This document shows, in pieces, positions 8,232 to 16,674 of a stretch of DNA of 28,842 bases. Every line of letters starts with the position of its first letter. The first letter of the stretch is position 1. The DNA is from a virus (lineage: Duplodnaviria; Caudoviricetes), in the IMG/VR virus record IMGVR_UViG_3300032327_000392, positions 1-28,842 of that record; one strand, given 5' to 3'. A program made the position numbers and the translations under genes. Below the pieces are notes generated by a model. It was not told the origin of the DNA and did not search any database. It worked only from the letters and a program-made list of their open reading frames with translations.

Positions 8232-8957
8232 ATGGGTCCTTTGATAACGGTGATTACACCAACAACTGGTAGTTCAACATTACGTCAAGTTATTCAATCA
8301 GTCAGTAATCAGACATACAAGAATATCCAACATATTGTTGTGATTGATGGCAAAGAACGAGAACATATTGCTATGCCTTATCTTCGGCGTTCAATTGCTG
8401 ATATAGTAACACTTCCATATCCAACAGGTAAAGATCAATACAATGGTCATCGGATCTACGGTGCAATGTCATACGTTGCAAAAGGTGACTTTATTTGTTT
8501 TCTAGATGAAGACAATTGGTTTGAACTGAATCATGTTGAAAAACTTGTTGAACAAATTCTTGATGGCAATCAATGGGCATATTCACTTCGAAAGATTGTA
8601 GATCAAGATGGTAAATTCATTTGTAATGATGATTGTGAATCTCTTGGTAAATGGAAATCAGTTATTAATGATAACTTTATTGATGTTAATTGTTACATGA
8701 TTTCTAAAATCGATGCAATTGCTTTTTCACCATATTGGTATCGTAGAGCAAGACATCCACAAGAGCAACCAGAAGTTGATAGAATTCTTTCTGCATTTAT
8801 GATGCAGAACAAAAAAACATTTGACACAAGTGGTCTATATACTGTAAACTATCGTGTAGCGAGTCGGGCAGATTCTGTACAAGACAGTTTCTTCATTCGT
8901 GGTAATGAAGTGATGAAAAACAATATGAACGGAGAGTATCCATGGCGAAAGATTTAA
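8232..8957 (+). CDS. Glycosyltransferase family 2 (GT-A)
   Basis: ITVITPT, HIVVIDG, AKGDFICFLDEDN (DxD). Confidence 0.9.
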   Translation: MGPLITVITPTTGSSTLRQVIQSVSNQTYKNIQHIVVIDGKEREHIAMPYLRRSIADIVTLPYPTGKDQYNGHRIYGAMSYVAKGDFICFLDEDNWFELNHVEKLVEQILDGNQWAYSLRKIVDQDGKFICNDDCESLGKWKSVINDNFIDVNCYMISKIDAIAFSPYWYRRARHPQEQPEVDRILSAFMMQNKKTFDTSGLYTVNYRVASRADSVQDSFFIRGNEVMKNNMNGEYPWRKI

Positions 8958-9850
8958 TTATTGGTGCATTCACCAATTATGATGAGTTCCAAGTTCTTAG
9001 ACCTTGGGTACAATCTATCAACGATTCAGGTTTCGAGGGCGATAAAGTATTGATAGCGATCAATACGACACAAGAGATGTGTCAAGAAATTATCGACGCT
9101 GGATTTAATGTTATTGCCGTAACCGATACTGAGCAAAAACTACGAGTACATATGCTCAGATTTATTCATGTATATGATTTTCTAAACAAACATGCTGATG
9201 ACTATCGATTCGTTATCACAACTGATGTTCGTGATGTAATCTTTCAATCGAATCCATCTAAGTTCATGGATAACTATTTCAACAAAGGACTCAAAGGACG
9301 CGATTCGTTAAAATTGATTGCACAATCTGAAGCAATTAGAATCAAAGATGAAGCATGGAATCGTGATAACATCATCAAGAATTTTGGTAAATTCTTCTAC
9401 GAAGATGTTAAAGATAAAGAAGTTCTAAACGTTGGAATTATTGCAGGTCTAGCACATTCAGTCAAAGATCTCTGTTTCTTTCTATTTCAAATGTCGTTGA
9501 ATCGTCCTGATTGGGTTGCAGATCAAGCAGCGTATAATATGATTTGTAATTTTAGTCCATTCAAAGATGTTATTGACGTTATACCTCTGAAATATGCTTG
9601 GGCATTGAACGCTCATGTCACAAGTAAACCGGATCAAATGGAAGAGTTCGGTCCATATCTTCTTGAAGAAAGACCTAAGATGATTGATGGCGTCATATAT
9701 AATTCGAATGATAAACCTTTTGTTATTGTGCATCAGTATGATCGTGTTCCAGAATGGATGGATTACTTCTCTAAAAAATATAACTTGACTTTTAATAACA
9801 AGACAAACTTTGGTTCATCGCCAAAGTACTTTACATACAAAACAACCTGA
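8942..9850 (+). CDS. Putative GT-A fold glycosyltransferase
   Basis: VITTDVRDVIFQSNP, LNVGIIAG, DQAAYN and IVHQYDR motifs typical of nucleotide-diphospho-sugar transferase-like proteins. Confidence 0.7.
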   Translation: MAKDLIIGAFTNYDEFQVLRPWVQSINDSGFEGDKVLIAINTTQEMCQEIIDAGFNVIAVTDTEQKLRVHMLRFIHVYDFLNKHADDYRFVITTDVRDVIFQSNPSKFMDNYFNKGLKGRDSLKLIAQSEAIRIKDEAWNRDNIIKNFGKFFYEDVKDKEVLNVGIIAGLAHSVKDLCFFLFQMSLNRPDWVADQAAYNMICNFSPFKDVIDVIPLKYAWALNAHVTSKPDQMEEFGPYLLEERPKMIDGVIYNSNDKPFVIVHQYDRVPEWMDYFSKKYNLTFNNKTNFGSSPKYFTYKTT

Positions 9851-9858
9851 GAGATATA

Positions 9859-10677
9859 ATGAGTAAAATTAGCATTGTTACTGCATTCTACGATATTGGT
9901 CGTGGAGATTGGACAGCAGATAAAGGATTTCCACATTACCTTGAGCGTTCTACTGATACATACATTCAACGATTTTCCCATCTTGCACAACTTGATAATG
10001 AGTTGATTGTTTTCTCAACATCTGATATCATTGAAAAACTAAAGAAGCATCGTGTTGGTAAAGAGTCTAATACAAAGTTCGTTCATTTTGAACCACGAAC
10101 TGTGTTTGCCAAGACACGCCAAAAGATCAAAGAAATTCAAGAACTGGATGAATTTCAGAAATTGATTTATCCTTCTCAAAAGAAGAACCCAGAATACTGG
10201 AATCAAGATTATGTTCTTGTTACTAATTTAAAAGCATACTTCGTACAGAAAGCAATCGAAGATGGCCTAGTCTCAAATGAGATGGTTTCTTGGATTGATT
10301 TCGGTTACTGTAGGTCTGTTGATAAGATTCCTAAATCTAAGACATGGGAATATGATTTTGATGAGTCGAAGATTCATATGTTCTCATATCATGATTATGA
10401 TTATGATCGTCCAATCTCTGATGTTGTTGCATCAAACGATGTACACATTCTTGGTGCAAAAGTTGTGGCACGGCAAGATCTGTGGGGTAAATTAGATCAA
10501 CTAATGCTTGAATCACAAGCTAGTTTATTTGGTGAAAACTTAGTCGATGATGACCAAACTTTATTCTTATTGTCATATCTATTTGAATCAGATTTGTTCC
10601 ACTTGCACTCTATTCCTGATCACCAGAAAGGACATGATCCTTTTGTTCTATTCAATAACTTCAATACAACAGCATGA
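9859..10677 (+). CDS. HtrL/YibB family protein (LPS-locus associated, glycosyltransferase-like)
   Basis: IVTAFYDIGRGDW, RSTDTY...F, NPEYW...Y, WIDFGY, DDDQ. Confidence 0.85.
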   Translation: MSKISIVTAFYDIGRGDWTADKGFPHYLERSTDTYIQRFSHLAQLDNELIVFSTSDIIEKLKKHRVGKESNTKFVHFEPRTVFAKTRQKIKEIQELDEFQKLIYPSQKKNPEYWNQDYVLVTNLKAYFVQKAIEDGLVSNEMVSWIDFGYCRSVDKIPKSKTWEYDFDESKIHMFSYHDYDYDRPISDVVASNDVHILGAKVVARQDLWGKLDQLMLESQASLFGENLVDDDQTLFLLSYLFESDLFHLHSIPDHQKGHDPFVLFNNFNTTA

Positions 10678-12053
10678 ATAAACTAATTATTTTTGATTTG
10701 GATGGAGTCTTGATTGACTCTAGAGAACTACACTATGATGCATTAAATGCGGCACTTCGTAAAGTAGGCGAAGAATATGTAATTTCTCGTCAAGAGCATC
10801 TTAGTCTTTATGATGGTCTTAATACTACCAAGAAATTAAAGATGTTGACTGAATACAAAGGTCTGCCCGTGTCAGTATATGACAAAGTTTGGCAAGACAA
10901 ACAGAAGTCAACTTTTGATTTGCTTCGCAAATTTAATCCAGAGTTTTACTTGAGTGCCATTTTCAATATGGCAAGAAATCGTGGATATAAGATTGCAGTT
11001 GCTTCCAATTCAATCAGAGAGACAGTAAAACTATCTCTACTAAGTATTGAACTGATGGACTATGTTGATTATTTTGTTAGCAATGAAGATGTGAAACGAT
11101 CAAAACCATATCCAGAAATGTACTGGAAATGCATGACTGCACTTAATGCATTACCTAAAGATACAATCATTGTTGAAGATAGTCATATCGGCAGACAAGG
11201 TGCTTTAGACTCGGGTGCTCATCTTCTAGCAGTTGAGAATTCGAATGAAGTGAATTCACAACATATGATGGAAAGGATTAGTAATTTTATGGACAATATT
11301 GAAGGCAAGACACAGAAGTCTCTACCATGGCGAGATAATAAATTGAATATTGTTATCCCTATGGCGGGTGCCGGTAGTAGATTTGCACAAGCGGGTTATA
11401 CGTTTCCTAAACCTTTGATTGAGGTTCGTGGTAAACCAATGATTCAAGTGGTTGTTGAGAATCTTAACATCGAAGCAAACTATATCTTCCTTGTGCAGAG
11501 AGAACATCATGACAAATATAATCTAAAGTATTTGCTTAATCTGATTGCACCAAACTGCAAGATTGTTCTTGTTGATGGTCTAACAGAAGGTTCTGCTTGT
11601 ACAACTCTTCTTGCAAAAGAATACATTGATAATGATGCACCTCTTTTGATGGCAAATTCAGATCAGTTCATCGAGTGGAATTCTAATGAATGTATGTACG
11701 CATTTACTGCTGATGAAATTGATGGTGGAATTCTAACATTTGAAGCAACACATCCTAAGTGGTCATATGCTAGAATTGGTAAAGATGGTTTTGTATCTGA
11801 AGTGGCGGAAAAGAAAGTAATCTCTAATCATGCAACTGTTGGTATCTACTATTGGAAGAAAGGTTCTGATTACGTCAAATATGCTGAACAGATGATCCAT
11901 AAAGGAATACGAACAAATAATGAATTCTATATTTGTCCAGTTTTCAATGAAGCAATTGAAGATGGTAAGAAAATTCGTGTTAAACATATTGATAAAATGT
12001 GGGGTATTGGAACTCCAGAAGATCTAAACTATTTCCTGGATAATCACAAATGA
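10674..12053 (+). CDS. Bifunctional HAD phosphatase / sugar-nucleotidyltransferase
   Basis: N-terminal FDLDGVLID, KPYPE, VEDS (HAD motifs); C-terminal IPMAGAGSRF...PKPLI...GKPMI and GIGTPEDL (NTP transferase). Confidence 0.92.
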   Translation: MNKLIIFDLDGVLIDSRELHYDALNAALRKVGEEYVISRQEHLSLYDGLNTTKKLKMLTEYKGLPVSVYDKVWQDKQKSTFDLLRKFNPEFYLSAIFNMARNRGYKIAVASNSIRETVKLSLLSIELMDYVDYFVSNEDVKRSKPYPEMYWKCMTALNALPKDTIIVEDSHIGRQGALDSGAHLLAVENSNEVNSQHMMERISNFMDNIEGKTQKSLPWRDNKLNIVIPMAGAGSRFAQAGYTFPKPLIEVRGKPMIQVVVENLNIEANYIFLVQREHHDKYNLKYLLNLIAPNCKIVLVDGLTEGSACTTLLAKEYIDNDAPLLMANSDQFIEWNSNECMYAFTADEIDGGILTFEATHPKWSYARIGKDGFVSEVAEKKVISNHATVGIYYWKKGSDYVKYAEQMIHKGIRTNNEFYICPVFNEAIEDGKKIRVKHIDKMWGIGTPEDLNYFLDNHK

Positions 12054-12856
12054 AAAATGTAGTATTCTTTATTACGCATAAGACGTTGATGAATGAACAT
12101 GCCAACGCAACGTTTTATGGAATGTCTAAACAAGTTATGCGCGATGATAAGATGTTTGATACACTATACATCTACAACACTCATGCCGACGAGTTGCCAA
12201 ATGAAGTATTGTTGGAAATGTATAATGACTATGATCTCCGACGATACTTCAAAGAAGTTAAGGTGTTTAATTATGACAACAATACTTCTAAATCACTAGG
12301 TGGTGATGTAACTGCAATCCGTGATTATATGATTGCAAACTATGCACCAGAAGATCGATATCTGATGTTAAAATCAGACTGTGTTCTGAGTAAAAACTAT
12401 TTTGATGAGATTTTGCATCTGCCAGAAGATCGTCCAGTTTACTTTGTTGCACCATTTATTTGTGCAAAAGAGAGAATCTCTGACGCAGAGATCTTTGAGT
12501 ATTCAGAAAGAGATAAAGTTGTTTTCTCAGATGATATTACTTTCTTTGTAGAAGATCAAAATCATACAGAAGAAAGTGATTTCAAAAATCGACCTGGTGT
12601 TAATGTAACAGATTACAAGATTAAATTTACATCGTGTTATGTTATCCGAGACTTCTCTGTGCATTTTTTATCTGTCGGTCTTGCACATTTGATGGAGATC
12701 CATATCTACACATGGGGTGGTTTGAACTTCTGGAGACTAGTCCCATGGTTTATTGAAACGGATCGGTGTTTTGTGATACATAAGTATCATGGTGTGATTT
12801 CAGAGAATAGACAAACGGATCGAGAAGGTCCAGTTCTTTCATGGTTAAAAAGTTAA
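12050..12856 (+). CDS. Hypothetical protein in the glycan island (possibly a divergent glycosyltransferase)
   Basis: 268-aa ORF translationally coupled to its neighbours; RYLMLKSDC segment weakly resembles a GT-A DxD strand. Confidence 0.55.
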   Translation: MKNVVFFITHKTLMNEHANATFYGMSKQVMRDDKMFDTLYIYNTHADELPNEVLLEMYNDYDLRRYFKEVKVFNYDNNTSKSLGGDVTAIRDYMIANYAPEDRYLMLKSDCVLSKNYFDEILHLPEDRPVYFVAPFICAKERISDAEIFEYSERDKVVFSDDITFFVEDQNHTEESDFKNRPGVNVTDYKIKFTSCYVIRDFSVHFLSVGLAHLMEIHIYTWGGLNFWRLVPWFIETDRCFVIHKYHGVISENRQTDREGPVLSWLKS

Positions 12857-12866
12857 GGTGAATATT

Positions 12867-13565
12867 ATGCAACAATTAAATCTTTATAATTCTACTGCAA
12901 AAATTGATGATAATCAGGGAATGTATGATGCTTTTAATACATTCATGTTTAGTAACGATCGGAATGTTTTTAATAAACTATATTATAAATTCAAGTTATA
13001 CGAGATGACTGAACATCTAGTCGGAGATATTGTTGAGTGTGGTGTTTTTAAAGGCACTGGACTAATGGCTTGGTTAAAGATTCTACAACTCAATGAAGCT
13101 AATAGTATTCGTAAAGTTATCGGTTTTGATTTCTTTAATCCTGGTTTCGTTGAGAATCTAGAAGATGAAATTGATCGTGTGACGATGGAACAAGTTTTCA
13201 CTCGTACAGAATCTGGTGATTTCTCGCAAGCAGGAATTCATAAAAAGATAGTAAATGCCGGTTTTGATGAAAGTCGATTTGAACTAGTTCCTGGTGATAT
13301 CAGTATTACTTCTGCTGAGTATGCAAAGTCTCGACCTGGATTTAGAATTAGTCTACTCTATCTTGATTTGGATCTAGATCGACCAACGTATGACACACTA
13401 ATTAATCTGTGGGATCGCGTGGTGCCAGGTGGTGTCGTTGTGTTTGATGAGTATGCATATCACAGTTGGTCAGAATCAAATGCTGTTGATAGATTTATGA
13501 ATGAGAAAGGTCTATATCTGTACAAAACTGATATCAAAACTCCAACCGCTTATATTATTAAATAA
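12867..13565 (+). CDS. TylF/MycF-family sugar O-methyltransferase
   Basis: GDIVECGVFKG, GFDFF, ISLLYLDLD, PGGVVVFDEY. ATG 12867 follows an AAGGTG RBS (the track starts at GTG 12858). Confidence 0.85.
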   Translation: MQQLNLYNSTAKIDDNQGMYDAFNTFMFSNDRNVFNKLYYKFKLYEMTEHLVGDIVECGVFKGTGLMAWLKILQLNEANSIRKVIGFDFFNPGFVENLEDEIDRVTMEQVFTRTESGDFSQAGIHKKIVNAGFDESRFELVPGDISITSAEYAKSRPGFRISLLYLDLDLDRPTYDTLINLWDRVVPGGVVVFDEYAYHSWSESNAVDRFMNEKGLYLYKTDIKTPTAYIIK

Positions 13566-13566
13566 T

Positions 13567-14265
13567 ATGAAAACTGCTGTACTACTAGTTGGTAACGTTC
13601 GTACATGGGAAAAATGTAGGGATAACTTTGTCGAAGTTTTTGGTAAATACAATCCTGATATCTTTCTCGCAACGTATGATACACGATATGGTTATCATCC
13701 TGCCGTTCGTAATAGAATCGGTTATTATGATGATGAGATTTTATCTCGAAAAGAAATAGGAGATATGTTTAAAGGATTAAACCTCAGAGTCGTAGATTAC
13801 GAACGTCTAGATCAGGCGAATGATCGAATATTCTATGCATTAGAGAAAGTGCATAAAATGTTTGGAGAATGTTATAGTTATTACGCACAGTATCGTAAGA
13901 TGAAATCTGCCGTAGATATCATGCAGAAACATGAATATGAGATTGGCGAAAGATATGGACGTGTAATTAGAACTCGATGCGATCTTATGCACAACGGTAT
14001 CAATTTTGATGATGTTGATGGTAAAATTATTATCGATTCAGGAAATGTATTTCCTAATGACTGTTTCTTTATGACAAATAGAGATGCTGCTGTTAATATT
14101 GCTGACTTCATGATGGAAGAATTCTTCAATCCAAAGTATGAAAACAGTGCAGAACGTCCACCCCATCAAATGTTTTTGAATGCAATCAAAGATAATAATC
14201 TTGAAGTTTCTGTTCAGAAAATTATGCAATGTGTTGTTAGACAAAATCAAATTCAATATTATTAA
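13567..14265 (+). CDS. Putative glycosyltransferase-like protein (GxxR...RxRxD type)
   Basis: MKTAVLLVGNVR...DIFLATY...YGRVIRTRCD...NDCFF pattern seen in polysaccharide loci; ATG 13567 lies right after the previous stop. Confidence 0.55.
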   Translation: MKTAVLLVGNVRTWEKCRDNFVEVFGKYNPDIFLATYDTRYGYHPAVRNRIGYYDDEILSRKEIGDMFKGLNLRVVDYERLDQANDRIFYALEKVHKMFGECYSYYAQYRKMKSAVDIMQKHEYEIGERYGRVIRTRCDLMHNGINFDDVDGKIIIDSGNVFPNDCFFMTNRDAAVNIADFMMEEFFNPKYENSAERPPHQMFLNAIKDNNLEVSVQKIMQCVVRQNQIQYY

Positions 14266-14275
14266 GGAGAAAAAA

Positions 14276-14968
14276 ATGACAAATTATGAAGTTAAACAGA
14301 GAGACGAACACATGTATCAACATCATTATGTTCTCTGGAGACAAGTTAGAATCAATAAAATCGAACAAATATTTGGAAAAGAATTCTTCAAAGATAAGAC
14401 AATTTTAGAATTGGGTTGTGGTTACGGAGATATTGGTAAATACTTTAAAGAAAGCTTACAGGCAGATGTTACTTTTGCTGAAGGTCGCGAAGAACATTTC
14501 CCTTTCATTAGAGGGAATGTTTCTGGTTGTAAAATTGTTCACATAAATCAAGAGAATCATTGGCAACTAGAAACAAAATACGATGTAGTGATTCATTTTG
14601 GAGTAATGTATCATCTAGATAATTGGAAACAAGATCTTGAATGTACACTAAAACATTCAGATCTAGTTATTTTAGAAACTGAGGTCGCAGATTCAAATGA
14701 TCCAACTTTCGAACAAAAATTCGTTGATATGATAAGTTATGATCAAGCTATGGGTCCTAAATTATTGGCGACTAGACCTTCGGCTGCATATATTGAATCT
14801 GTTTTTTCTGAAAATGGATTTTCGTTTGTGAGATATGATGATACTGATTTAGATACTGATATACATAACTATAGTTGGAAAGTAACAGGATCGGCAGAAT
14901 CACATAAATCTGAAAGATCTGTTGGTGTTGGAAAACGTAGATTTTGGGTAGTCAGAAAGATAACTTAA
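14276..14968 (+). CDS. Class I SAM-dependent methyltransferase
   Basis: ILELGCGYG motif I, YDVVIHFGVMYHL; ATG 14276 follows AAGGAG. Confidence 0.88.
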   Translation: MTNYEVKQRDEHMYQHHYVLWRQVRINKIEQIFGKEFFKDKTILELGCGYGDIGKYFKESLQADVTFAEGREEHFPFIRGNVSGCKIVHINQENHWQLETKYDVVIHFGVMYHLDNWKQDLECTLKHSDLVILETEVADSNDPTFEQKFVDMISYDQAMGPKLLATRPSAAYIESVFSENGFSFVRYDDTDLDTDIHNYSWKVTGSAESHKSERSVGVGKRRFWVVRKIT

Positions 14969-14969
14969 A

Positions 14970-15431
14970 ATGAAATACATTGCACACAGAGGTCTTTTTC
15001 AAGGTCCAAATAAAGAACTGGAAAATACACCAGATCAGATTAAATTGGCCCTATCGAAAGAATATCATTGTGAAGTTGATATTTGGTGGATTGATCGTGA
15101 ATGGTATCTAGGTCACGATAGACCTCAATATAAAACTTCAGAATCTTTTTTCGAAGAGAAAGGTCTCTGGTTGCATTGTAAAAACTTAGATGCGTTATAT
15201 TATATGAGAAGATATTATAATCATCTCGTATATTTTTGGCATCAGAAAGATGATTTCACTTTAACATCAAATCAGATACTTTGGACATATCCAGGTAAAG
15301 ATTTAACGTCTAAATCTGTTGCTGTTATGCCAGAATATGCTGGAGATGAATACTGGAATTATGTAAAGAAAACACAAGTATATGGTGTCTGTACCGACTA
15401 CTTGGAGAAGTTTATCTCTGAGACTAGTTGA
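14970..15431 (+). CDS. Small PLC-like / GDPD-like phosphodiesterase
   Basis: IAHRG...EN, EVDIW, LGHD, WLHCKN, GVCTD. Confidence 0.8.
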   Translation: MKYIAHRGLFQGPNKELENTPDQIKLALSKEYHCEVDIWWIDREWYLGHDRPQYKTSESFFEEKGLWLHCKNLDALYYMRRYYNHLVYFWHQKDDFTLTSNQILWTYPGKDLTSKSVAVMPEYAGDEYWNYVKKTQVYGVCTDYLEKFISETS

Positions 15432-15433
15432 AT

Positions 15434-15465
15434 ACTAAATAGTAGATAGTCACAGAGTACTATCT
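15434..15465 (+). promoter_or_regulatory. Late promoter-like ACTAAATA followed by a leader hairpin
   Basis: ACTAAATA at 15434-15441; AGATAGT (15444-15450) and ACTATCT (15459-15465) form a stem just before the GAGGA RBS. Confidence 0.65.
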
Positions 15466-15476
15466 TAGAGGATTAA

Positions 15477-16673
15477 ATGTTATCATTTCGTAGATTCATT
15501 ATTGAACAAGAAGAAGAGGCATCAGAAGGTGCAAGCCGTCAAATTAAACATTTGACGCATATAGAAGATCGTCCATTACAGACTGGAAAGAAGGGTGCTG
15601 AACACGCAATCTCAGCACTAAATGCCGCAGCACAACACATTAAAAGTGGCAATAATAATTCAGAACTTACGACAAAATATGATGGTTCACCTGCAATCGT
15701 GTATGGTCATCATCCAGAAACTGGTAAGTTTTTCGTTGCATCAAAGTCTGCATTTAATAAGACTCCAAAAATAAATTATAATGAAGCAGACATTGAAAAG
15801 AATCATGGTCATGCACCAGGTCTTGCTGACAAACTAAAAGCAGCACTTCACCATTTACCTAAGATTGCACCTAAACACGGTGTATATCAGGGCGACATGA
15901 TGTTCACCCATGAAGATAAGAAGTCTGGTCCAAAGGGATCAGTCTCTTTTAATCCAAATCCATCAGGTATCACATATACTGCACATGGCGATTTGGCAAA
16001 TAAAGTTAAGAAAGCAAAGATGGGTGTGGTCACCCATTTAATGTATCATGGCAAAGACGCAAGTAGTCTAAGTGCATCACATGGTGTAGATCATGAGTCA
16101 TTTAAACATCATCCAGATGTGTTTACTGTTGATCCTAGAATGGACACAAGCGCAGTTCATTTTAGTCCAAAACAACAATCAGAATTTAAGAAACATTTAA
16201 CTGCCGCATCTAATATTCATCAAAAACATGGTGAAAACATGTATGCGTTGACAAAAGAACACCAAGGTGTTGGATCTCATTTAGAAACATTTATAAATCA
16301 TACGATCAAAACAGATAAACAACCAAATCACGAAAACTTTAAACATTTTATAGAAAATCATTATAACAAAGCTATCGATAAATTAAAGACAGACAAGAAT
16401 AAAAATCAGAAGAAATCAGAACTGATCCAACACCTCCATCACATCGAAAGAAATAAAGAACACTATAATAATCTATTCAAAATGCATCAACATCTCCAGA
16501 AAGCAAAGAATGTACTAGTGGACGTTATGAATCAAAAACAAGATTTCGAACACACTCATGGTGGTGAGAAAGCTAATCCAGAAGGATACGTTTTCCATCA
16601 TGGCGGAGAATCTGATAAGTTAATTAATAGAGCAGAGTTCAGTAAACGTAATTTCGCTAACCGTACACACTAA
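15477..16673 (+). CDS. DUF6267-like protein with ATP-dependent ligase-type motifs; His-rich; predicted head-packaged
   Basis: TKYDG (motif I KxDG, Lys67), YQGD (motif III-like), PEGYV (motif IV), DKLINR (motif V); N-terminus MLSFRRFIIE. Confidence 0.7.
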   Translation: MLSFRRFIIEQEEEASEGASRQIKHLTHIEDRPLQTGKKGAEHAISALNAAAQHIKSGNNNSELTTKYDGSPAIVYGHHPETGKFFVASKSAFNKTPKINYNEADIEKNHGHAPGLADKLKAALHHLPKIAPKHGVYQGDMMFTHEDKKSGPKGSVSFNPNPSGITYTAHGDLANKVKKAKMGVVTHLMYHGKDASSLSASHGVDHESFKHHPDVFTVDPRMDTSAVHFSPKQQSEFKKHLTAASNIHQKHGENMYALTKEHQGVGSHLETFINHTIKTDKQPNHENFKHFIENHYNKAIDKLKTDKNKNQKKSELIQHLHHIERNKEHYNNLFKMHQHLQKAKNVLVDVMNQKQDFEHTHGGEKANPEGYVFHHGGESDKLINRAEFSKRNFANRTH

Positions 16674-16674
16674 T

